A stretch of 64,000 nt of DNA from Camelus dromedarius (taxonomy: Eukaryota), in the NCBI RefSeq assembly GCF_036321535.1, contig NC_087437.1, positions 20,524,001-20,588,000 on the forward strand, read 5' to 3'. Shown here in pieces: positions 40,301 to 52,300 of this stretch (its first letter is position 1; the number at the start of each line of letters is the position of its first letter). Below the pieces are notes generated by a model. That model was not told where the DNA came from. It worked only from the letters and a program-made list of their open reading frames with translations, and did not search any database. Position numbers and translations under genes: made by a program.

Positions 40301-43300
40301 GAATCAGAGTACTTTGAGGGTGGGATCAGAGAAATTTGGATTTTAAACAAATGTCCCAGTAATAACGATAATATTATTAAGATTTATCAAGTATTTACTG
40401 TGAGCTCTTTTTATATTAACTTACTTAGTCATCACGGTATACCTCCCCCCTCCCCAGGAAAAGTACTGTTTTTCTCTATTTACTACTGATGAAAATAAGG
40501 ATAAGAGAAAAGTTATTACTTTATGTTCTTACAGCTAGTTGGTTTCCAAAATTGGGTTTTATATTGAGAAATCTGACCCCATGATTCAAGCCCTTAATTA
40601 ACCATTTTGCTCAGTTGCCCTCCAGGGGGGAGATCATTCTTAGGCATATAGTTGCTCAGAACCGTTGGCCTAGTCTGTTAACTCGGAATTAAAATACATG
40701 CTCTTTCTCAATCTGTATTTCTTCTTACTCAAAACTTCATTTAGTAGCTCACCTCAGAAAATCTTCCATGACTTTGACATGCCTGTTTCTTTCCCTGCTG
40801 GGCATCTGTAGCTAGTTTGTGTAGTATTTGCTTATTAATATGATCTGTTAAATTATTTGTTTCAATATAATTCTTTTTTCCGCAACTGGACAACAGATTT
40901 CGCAATGACAGAGAAATTTATCACCCTCTTATCTATCTCCTTACTCTGCTCAGTCTTTATATAGTAAGTGTTCAGCATAGTAAATGTTAACTGAGTAAAG
41001 GGAGAGATGGTAGCAGGCGTTCCATTTTTGCACCCTAAAGGATGTTAGGGTGATAGATTTTTGCTATAGCATTTCACTGGAATGGTTGGATAAGATAATG
41101 CTGCAATACCTGGAAGTTGTCCAGTATCGAGGATAGGACCTCAAATACTAGGAGGGAACTATATTTCTAACTGGGAATAGATTTTTCTGGTAAAGATAGT
41201 AAAATGGAGGAGATTAAAGATAAGAATAGCATGATCATATGAAAATAAATGTAGAAATCTGTATTGTTATATGTCTTTAAAACTTTCAGGAAAGAATCTG
41301 AATGGAGATCTTTTTTTTATCACTAATAAATCTATTACTAGTCTTTAGTAACGTATGCTATGCTATGCTATGCTGAGAAAAACAGATTTTCGTAAGTGAG
41401 GAAAACTGACCGGAGCATTGTAACATATTATAGTACAAACATAAGGGATTTAGACTCTAAGTTTGCTATGTAAATAAAGTACCACACTTTGAACGACATT
41501 CTTTTCTAAATAATATTTTTCTCTTTCAGGGTGATCTTGGAAAAAGAAGGGCCTCGTTCCTTATTTAGAGGATTAGGCCCCAATTTAGTAGGGGTGGCTC
41601 CTTCCAGGTAAAAAAAAAAAAAGAAATACGTTTAATTATTCACATTCTAGCAGTCTCTCTTGTTTCATGCTTAATGAAGGTAGATGCTGAAGAGAAGTGG
41701 AAGTGATGAGGATAAAGCACTATGGTGTAACAGTTACCAGTAACCATCTAAAAGGGTAGACAGATGGTACCATATGTAGGTGCAAAGGACCTCTTAGTGA
41801 GATCGTTGTGAAGCAATTTTTGCGTTAAGTTCAAGAAGCCAAAGAGGCCTTTACATTAATTTGTCATTTTTCTCAGATAATTTTTTATCTTAGATTGATA
41901 TCTTCCATGATAGAACATTGTACAGAGTTGACATTCAGAGTGAAAATGTATTCCCAGATCTCTGTAACCAAACAGTATAGCAGGTCCATGTCTCATTATT
42001 TATCGGATTTCAGCTTTATATCAGTTCTTTAAAAAATGATCACAAATTTCATTTTTTATGTGAAAACTAAAAAAATGTATAGCATAAAGCTTGACATTCC
42101 ACTTTAAACACATCACCTCTCACCCCATGCACCTTCCCACACACACTTACTCTTCTCCCCATGGATAACCACCCTTGATAAACAGTTTGGTTTATTGTCT
42201 TCCATTAATTTTCCTGGCTTAACATGTACATAAAATAGATAATATGTATACTTACTATCACTTACATAAATTGAATCCTATTAAAAATATTTCAACAAAT
42301 TTGTCTTGAAGCTTTTTCCCTGAAAATATGTAGAGTTTTTAATTGTATAATTTGACTTTCCCATCATGAATAAGCATTCCCTTATTGATAGACCTTTAGA
42401 TTTATTTCCAGATTTTTCCTGCTAAAAACAAGGGTTTTGTGAATGTAGCTGTACCTTTATCCTTGAGTACTTAAGCAAGTATTTTTCCTCAGGATAACTA
42501 CCTAAAATAATTTCCGGATAAGAGGGCATATGCACATTTAAAATTAGTGAATATTACTCAGTTGCCTTCTGAAAAGGCATTATTCTCAAATAGTGACTTA
42601 GTTGCTCTTTGTCAACATATTATTACCAATACTGGCTACTGTCCATGTCTCTTAATACTTGCCAACGAGACTAGACATTTTTCACTGTTTAGGTGTACAT
42701 TTGTTTTATTTCTGGTGCGGTCATGCCCTCCTCCTTATAATTATTTGTCATTTGTATATCTCATCTGTGAATTACCTATATATATTCTTTGCCCATTTTC
42801 TCATTAGGGTGCCTTTTTCTTATTCACTCCTAGTAATGCATTATTTATTCTTCATAATTTGGTATCATTAAATGTATCCTATTTTTCTTTTCTTTCTCAT
42901 GAAGTAGAATGTTTCATTTTAAATTAATTTCTCTTTTTTCTTAAGCACATTAAAAAGCACAAAATGGAGACTCCCCATTTGTACTTGTTTGTTTATTCTG
43001 ACCCTTATTGGACAAATAATCAGAATTTTGGGGAAATAACAGGATATTTGATACAGTAAGAAAGTCAGTCAGTGCCTAGAAAGCTAAATCAGTGATGAGG
43101 TAGTTGGGATGCTTTGAGTTACAATAAATAAGTTAACAGGGAAAATATTTACAGATTTGATGCAGTGTTTACGAATGTTAGCAAGCATGATCTGACCTGA
43201 TGGGACTGATTTGTTTTTCAGTTTTTTTGTCTAAAGATGCTCTGAACTACTCTGTAGTAGAGATTAGCATATACCACAGTACCTCAAAATTGTTTAACAT

Positions 43301-46300
43301 ACACTTGGATCACTTGGGTCAGTTCTACCTCCCTCTCTTTAAAAAAACCTGTAATGCATTTACTTAAGTATATTTAATTTAGTCTTAGCATTACATAGGC
43401 CTTCTAGCCTTACTCATGTGTTTTCCAGTCATCAAACTCTTACAGAAATACTTTTCTGTTTTAGTTAGTCAGTTGCTATCAAAATACTGGGATGCAGTGT
43501 CTGGGGATGCTTTACATTTGAATTTATCTTTAATGAGTTGACACAAAAAGTACTTCATGGTCTTCATGGAAAAATATGTATGTGATGTTATGTAAGAATG
43601 TGGCTAAGGCTTTGTTTATGTTTTTAGATTTCTCCACTCTAAATAATAAAGATCAATTTACATATCATTTAAATCTTAGGAATTAAGCAACACGCTTATT
43701 GACAAAATTTAAATCTTTATTTTAGAGCAATATACTTTGCTGCTTATTCAAACTGCAAGGAAAAGTTGAATGGTTTATTTGATCCTGATTCTACCCAGGT
43801 ACACATGATTTCAGCTGCAATGGCAGGTATGAATATATAATATTAAAAAACAAAAAATTTTCTGATACCTAGAGACTCAATACTGAATTCTGATGAATTT
43901 AACATTGCAAAGTTAAAGCAGTTAATGTGCTTTTCATTGATTAGCATCTGCAACATGATGTTTACATTTATTAGTATACAATAAATTTGATTAGGCAGTG
44001 TATGTAAAATCTGTTGTCAACTGGCATTTTTGTAATTATAAGTTTGTGATAGCATGCAGGTAGTACAATTTTTACATTGTCTTGTGTAGCCCACTGAATA
44101 TTTAGTGATCACTTTTAACAATTTTAAGAATCCAACCATAATTAAACTATAAGTTACAGAGCTGTAATTTACTCTTTTTTCCTCAATTTCTGTTAGTGCC
44201 TTTTCCCTTTTTGCTGCATGTTTTGGCTTCTGCCTGAAATGTGCCGGCAGTTCTTGGTAAAGTATTCATTTTGTCCTGTGCTCAAATACTGAAATTTTTG
44301 TGAGTGATGTGTTACTGAATACTCAAGAGTTATTGTAATGTATATACTGAAAAACATGTTTAGCATTCCACACAAACCACACGAGATAGCACTCAAAATT
44401 TAGGCACCAGCTATGTGTACATGCTTGCTATAGAAATGTTTCCATGAGCTCTTCCCTCATCACTGATGAGTATGTATGATTCTGAATTAAAACAGCTAGT
44501 CCTGGGTCTCTGCACTGCCTTAAAGATATACTGGGAGTTTGGTTTGATCAGTGTGTTTCTGGAATCTTTTGCTGCCATACATGTTAGACAAAGCCATGGT
44601 CTTTGGTTCTCATTAGAAAATTCTCTATAGTTTTCTGAGATATGTTGCATATTTAACCATACCTTCACATTTCCAAATTATGCTGTGACTTTATAAAGCA
44701 AATTATAACTGCTTTTATCAACTGTTGATCAATAAATTGAGTGTCAATTATGTGCTTAATAATGAGTGCGTTAAACTGTTAACCATTTTCTGTTTAGAAA
44801 TAAAATGGATCAATTTGAACCACATACTTAACGAACTAAGTGTAAGTTTGAAATACTGATATCTGAAAGGTCAATAGCCTTATAATAAATCTAGCTTCTA
44901 TCTTATAAATTGTTTTCATGGCTTTTTATATTTAGTAATTGTTGACTGACTCATTGAAGTTTTAGAGCTGGAAGGTAAAACTTCAAAGTACAAGATGGTA
45001 AAATATTATTATTTACCAATGAAGAGAGATCTTGGGCAAGTTACATAATTTATGTGAATCTTTATTACCTTATCCTTGGAATGAGTAGGTTGCTCTACAT
45101 AGATTTGTGTTTTGAAAATTAATTCTTTAGTACCATAGAGATCATCTAGTTACAACCAGAATTATTTTTTAATGTACATTTACAGGTGTTGGATACAAAT
45201 AGTTATGATTTTACTTCTACAAATTTGAGTGTAGAAGTTAGTGGCTAATTTCAAACCATATAACCAGTATATTAGGATCTTTAACAGTATATTTCTGAAT
45301 TGTTCAGTGTTTATTTTTTGTTTTTAACCCCAGAAAATTACAAAGAAATGTTGATCTTTCTTTTTTGAAAGAACTGAAATCAAGAAAGTAGATGAGCAAT
45401 CATTTTAAGTTGAGGATAGTTATATATTCAGTATTGCAAATTTAGAGTTTCAGAATATCTCAGTTCCCACTGGAACATCTTTTTTCTTTAGACTGTCTCA
45501 TTAGAATTTATTACTGTATGTCACATTCCAAAGATTTTCAGTGGAATTACATTTTGTACTTTTTTTTCTCAAATATGTATGAATGTTAACTCATAGTTTT
45601 CTGTTTTTATCTATACATTGATACTATTTCCCAACTTGAATTCCTTGAATTTTGGTAAATTGATAGTCTTATACTTGTTCAGAGAATATTGCACTATACT
45701 CTTCCTGTGTAATTTGAAAATACTTCTTCCATTTGTTTGCAGTTTTTCTGAAAATGTTCTGAGAATTGTGCCTTCAGAGCTTCCTTGCACTATTCACAAG
45801 CATTAACATTTAGCTTTGCAGTTTTTATACATAACTACATGATTGGTGAAACTGAATGGTCCCATGCAGACTCATTAAGGTAGCCTTTTGCCCCCTTCAT
45901 TCTTGTAATAATCTAGACCAAGTTGTACTGGTTTTTCCCCAGGATCATTTCAGAGGTCTTCTAAATACGAATTGAGAGTGCAAAGCGCTTAGAGGCAGTC
46001 ATGTGAAAAATTATTTTTTAACTGTCTATTCCAAAAAAATGCTAACCTTGTCACTTTAGTATCAAAAATACACTAAAATGCATCATTAATGATATTGCCT
46101 GCCGGATTTTGCCACATCAAACAGCACACACGTCACAGATTTAGTAACATACCTTGTATATAATTTTTATTCCAAGTAACCTCTCAAGTCACTTGCATTG
46201 TGCATGTTATCCATATGAACTCGAATGTTTAGATACTAAGCCATTTTTTATTAAAAAGACAGTTTATTTAAAGGGGGTCTTATTTTCCTTTTTTTTTTTT

Positions 46301-49300
46301 AATGTTTCAAGGGAATACTATAAGAATTTGATCTATAAACTTTCATGCATTGAAAATTTTTTTCCAATTGTGAGGCTGTATAATCAAATTGAGTAATGAT
46401 GACTCTGTTTTACCTGCCTCTTTTTTTTCACTCCTACATATGAACTTTGTCAGACTTAAGTATATCTTAGCTCTTGAAGGTACTTGTTTTCTTGAGACTA
46501 TTTGTGTGTTTCTGTTTAAATGAATTTGTGTATCCTTCTATATACACCTGGACACAGGTGTGTATACAGAAATAGAATTAAATTTTTTTCTTTATTGTAA
46601 CTCCCAATTTTCAAAAATTTTTATATGAAATTTACAGGCTTTTATATAAAACAGTACAGATTTAAAGGAAATGAATTCTGTTTTTTATTGGATTATATAT
46701 TCTCAGTGACTGCTCAGTTTTTTAAAATGTCACTAATATAATTGTTTAGCACTACATAGCTGGTGGGTTTTATTTGCTTATGGTATTACTGTTAATTTTC
46801 AAGATACATTTTTCTATTTGATTTAAAGTTTAAATTTTTACTCATTAAATAGAAATTTTGTCTTACACATATAAAATATTTTAAAAAATACTTTGTCCAT
46901 GGCAGTTTATTCAGCAAGATGGATGGTTAGACAGATGTTTTGTATGTTTGTGTGTAAACATTCTCCCTGTTTTTTTGTTTTGTAGAACACAAGAAAGTAA
47001 ATACAAAATACCCAAAATATTTCATAAAAATGGATGTGCAATATTACTGATCATAGTGCAAAAGGTGGGAGGTGCTATTGTAGCAACCTGTGCTTTTTTT
47101 TTTTATTACAGTTACAAAATGAAGTTACTTGAATTTTTTAAAAAGATTTACTAAGTAGAATGATTGTTAAAGAATAAAAAATTGTGGTTTGAACTCTGAT
47201 CATGGTAGATAATAATGGTAGGAAAATGGGATATGATGATCCCCTCTAAATATTTTCTTAGATTCCCCTTTGACAAGGTTAGCATTTTTTCTTTAAGTCA
47301 AAATTGGTCTTCTTTTAGGTAAGTATATGGACTCTGAAACTGCTACAGATGGCAGAATTTTCAGTACTCGGTGCATTTTTTAAAAAACTATGGCCCATTC
47401 TGATAGTCCTTTCTTTTTCTTTTTTAACTTAAAATTTTCAAAAAAGTTAGATCTCACAGTAAATATTTCTCAAATCCTTCCAATGGGATTCATTTTGTAC
47501 ACATGTTTCTGATGAGGTCACTGCTTGTTGTTATGATACAGAAAAGCCTGTGTCTATTTTAGGCATTTACTGTACATTTCTCCCGAGAAAAGAGTGAGAT
47601 CGTGTCATCTCATGCTCCCCATCCGCAGGTCACTTCCTGTAGAAATATGGACTAACTTAAACCTCGTGAGTACTGATCTGAGCATCTCTTGCAGCCTCTA
47701 GTTATAAGAAACACACCCTGGGAATTTATAATAGCTGTGGAATTAATAGAAGGCGGGAAATGAATTTTTATTTCCTGAATTTGTATGTGCATTATCTTAG
47801 TATTTTATAAAACTTTAATTCTAATTCTTTTATACTATTCCTTCTAGAAGGAAGAATGGGGTAACTTTTCAGTCTCATCGTGTAATAAAAGCCTGGGGTC
47901 TTTAGCTTGGCCATAGTAGCCTTGACCTCCAAAGAATTCCTTAACAGTATTTAAGATTTACAAAGCTATAAATGGTATCATACCGCTCTACAGCTTTTAG
48001 ACAAAATAGTTCTCTTTGCTTAGCATAACATATTTTTAAAGTCTAATACAGTACTTTCTATTCTCTTGTCTGTTGATACTTGACTTTCTACTATCTTGCA
48101 AAAACATTGATCTTAATACCTACCATTACTTTCCAAATACGGGATAAGAATATATGGGATCTTAGTTGTTTTAGTTTTAATTCAGTTTTTTTTTTAAGTA
48201 GTTTTAATATATTTCTCCTAGAAAGTTAGGTGGGTTTTGTTCTTACAGAAATTAATTGAAATAAAAAGTATTGAAAATGCAGTAATACAGGTATCACTCA
48301 CTTAATGAAATAAACATTTTCAACAAATTTACTATAAGCAGGATTTCTATTAATCTGGTTTTTAATTGGTTTAAATTATCGAATGAAGTCTTAGATGAAG
48401 CAAAATTTTAAAAATTGCGTTTTAGAAGTTTTTTAAAGCTTTCTAATAAAATATTAACCATACTACTAACAATATGGCCAATTTACTGCCATTTTGCTTT
48501 AACTGACTAACCTACAGATAGATTATTCATATACTTGTAAGTCAGTTTTAATGTTTAACAGGGTGCTCAGAATATTAATATAAAATAGCATATTGTCAGA
48601 ATGTCACAAAATTTAAGTACCAAAATAAAAATAATAGGAAATTTCTAAATTTCACAGGGCACCATTCCCAGTATCTTTGTGAAGAAGTTTTTAGAAGAAG
48701 TAGGAAGACATGTTTAGCTTTGGCTCTTTGTTAACTTCAGATTGCCTTACCATACATAATTATAAATTAGTGGTAAAATTTTGTTTCTTCCTGCTTGTTT
48801 TGTTTTTTGAATTAATAGGTTATATTTTTCTAGATTTAATTAGCTTACTGCTGTCTCCATAAATTATTAGAGTATCTTTGGTTAAGAGAATGAAATAGCA
48901 TAAAGCCCAAGGACCACCTGGTAAAGGACAAATAGTTAATCCTATAGATTATGCCTAGATTCTTTATCTAACTTAATGGTTCGCTGGCAGTTAGGCTAGT
49001 GTCTTTATTAAGAGCTAGCTTGTTACTGGGAAAGTTGAGCCAAAACAGCTATAGCGAGCACAGGTTACGGATAATAGCAGCTATATAGGGATAAGACGAC
49101 AGCATTCTCTCACTTACCTAAATTTTAATGTGTTGTGTTCCATAGGTCAGTTTGTGTCTGGAAATGAATTTTAGTTAAGTGAGAAATACCTGTTGCTTGC
49201 TTCCTGTCATTGTTTATTAACCTGTACGGAGGATAATTAAAACTATAATTTATGAGTATTTAAAATTTATTCCTAGTAATATTTATAAATATTTAATGTA

Positions 49301-52300
49301 ATATTTTAAAATTCACATATATAGGGCTTTTTCCAGCCTCTAATTGAGGGACTTTATGACTTGAAAGTGTTAAGCTTGGGTATTAAGTTTATATTTTTAG
49401 AAATAGAACTTCTATTTTTTTTTTTAAAAAAAAAAGCTTTGATTCTCATTTTCTTTTCAAATGAAGTATAATAAATTGAGGCTTTTACCTAGACAGGCTG
49501 TTTTTTAAAAAGTTTGATATAAGCATTCCCAGTTTTAGGCTTTCAAAATTTAATAAAAAGGAAATGTTTTTTCTTAATTTTCACAGAATAATTAATAAAA
49601 ACCATTGTGAGTAATGCAGATAAAGATAATTTTGTTGGTTGGTTCTGCTTGGTGGCTTTTTATTAATAAACTCCTAATATTACTTATAGACATTTAGCTA
49701 ATACAAATATTGAAGTTTAAAATGAAAAATCATTAAGTCAGAGGTATGACCAGAATACTGATGTCTGGTGTATAGTAGCTTTAAAATAAAACTTGAATAT
49801 CTTTAGCTTGACTTTCACATAGAAAAATGAGGTTCAAAAGGAAAAAAAAATACAGTACTCCATAACTCTATTCTCAATTAAGCCAGACCATGCAAGAAAA
49901 ATCTTTTTCAAACAAAGTATTTTAAACTGATCAGTTTAATATTTTTCTCTTTCCTTTTACCAAGAATATATACATGAAAAGAACCTTTTTTTAAGACATG
50001 TTCCTGACACCCTGTCCAACATGTTAAGTTTTTATTATTTTAGTACTGGCTGCTGCTTACAAAATTGTTGGTCCCATTCTAGTTTTATGTGTATGTATAT
50101 ATGTATGTAGTATTAAAAGCACTTAAGAGAAATGGAGACTATATAACCATTACAAAATTATTAAAGGAGTTATCAAACCTAATTTTTATTTCATTTATCT
50201 TGCTTGATAAATAGATTCAATTTAAGCATCTTTTTGTGGAACAGCTGGCTATTTCTATGGTATTAAAACTGGATTAAGGGAGTAAAATTTGAGTTAGCTA
50301 ATTATCTGACATTATAGAAAGGAAAAGAACCTGTGAGACTAAATTCCACTTTGTAAACAATGTAGTAAAATCATTATGCATTTGTAGACATATAGCCATA
50401 CTAATTCTGAAAGCCAAGAAAGTTTTATGATTAGTTCTCCACTATATGTTAACTAAAAAAAACAAATTATTCCTAAGTGCACCATAGCATTTTTGTTCCT
50501 AGAAGTACTTTATTCATATTAAATGTGCTGCTTATATTTCAAAACCTTCCTAAAAATAACGTGCTTGACTTGCTAGTATTCGACAGAAAGTATAAAAGCA
50601 GTTAAGATCCTTAGACATTTCTGCATATAAGTTTTCACTGAATTTAAATGCCAACTGAATAAATGTAACCTTGTTGTAAGTAGCTCTATGAAGTTTGTGT
50701 AGCTGATCTTAAATATTTACAAGCCATATATTAAAACCCTGTTTTGTATAGATGAAGCAATCTTTATAACTTCCTGTCATCAAGATTGCATTTCATGTGC
50801 TTCTGTTTTTCCATAACACTAGAAAGATAACAAGTAAAAGATACGCACTAGGCTAGAAGCATATTGTTCCAGAGATCTTAATTTACTACCTGGAATGAGC
50901 CATCTTAGGGGACCACCCTTTCGCACTGATAGTTAATACATAGTACTCCAGTTTTAAAGTAAACTCGAACTGCCTTCTACCTTAAGTTTCTCTCCTCAGT
51001 GTCTATAAAAGTGAGATTTATAACTTTTTGAACTTTTGAGTTTTTGTATGTTTTTAAGTGAATGAAAAAATCTGTCCTATTAATCCTAACAGAAACCTTA
51101 TCTCTGTGATACCATTATTTTAACAGTATTAGTAAGTGTGTATTTGTATAAAGTATTCATAGGGCCAAACAACAATTCTTTCTGTTATACAGTCAACTTA
51201 AGAACAGATATTGGTAAATGCTGACGTTTATGTAGACTCCATTTTGAACATAGTGATTTGTGATGTTAGTTGGACCCCGGGTAGCTGTTGTACAGTTTGC
51301 ATGCTGAAAAGCCCTAGAATACACAAAATTTCTATGTGGATGTCTGTAGAAATGGGTTTCTAAATTTAGCTTAGAGAGTAGAGGGTGCCCTAGAGAATAG
51401 TCTGAATATGATGGGAGAGGAATTTGTATACAATCAGATTTTGCTCTTAAAAGAATCTTTTAGTTATGGTCAGAATTTGAGAATGTAGACTGGAAATAAA
51501 GTATAGCTGTTCATGGCTGAATGGATTTATAAAGTTAAAGTGTAAAGGATACATGAATTGATAGTTTAAATATTTATATACATTTTCTTTAATATAGACG
51601 TATATTATTTTAAAAACCTTGAAGTCAGTAGTGTGTTCTTCATTTTTACCAGAGTTCATTTTAAACATGTTTGTTTAGGTTTTACCGCAATCACAGCAAC
51701 CAACCCCATTTGGCTTATAAAGACTCGGTTACAGCTTGATGCAAGGTATGTTAATTCATTAAAACAAAATTCATTAAACTTGGATTCAACAAAATTTTTT
51801 CTATAAATTTATATCAGATTTCAGTGCCTGGTATCTAACCAAGTTTTTCCTGTCTTTTGCTGGTGAACTGGGGTGGGGGGGGGTTGTTTTTGAAGCTTGG
51901 GTCTACCATCAGAAGCAAGGGTGGTATAATAGTTGACAGTGTGAGAGTTCCAGGGAAGAAATATACTATGCATTGTTTTTCAATAAAAGAAGAAGAAATG
52001 AAAAGGACGTAATCTAGCCCACCCAGGCAGTGATACTTCACCCCATAGGTGATTATAGTCTGCCTCCCAACACCTACATAAACTTACATGATCAGTGAGT
52101 CTAGACTGAGTCTTAGGATCGTTGCTCAAATTCAGTAACCTTATACACAGAGAGTCCTGGCATGGGATTTAGCTCACATGTATTCATAGACTTCGTTTGT
52201 TACCACCAACCATCTTATGGCAGCAAGACTCATTCATTCAATATATCTATATTGAGCAAGTACTGGATGGTTCCAGAGGTAGCCCAGGAAACAGTGGGGA

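Noticed and set aside
47595..47612. Iron-responsive element in the poison-exon hairpin
   Set aside because: The loop is CGUGUC rather than CAGUGN, and there is no 5' bulged C.
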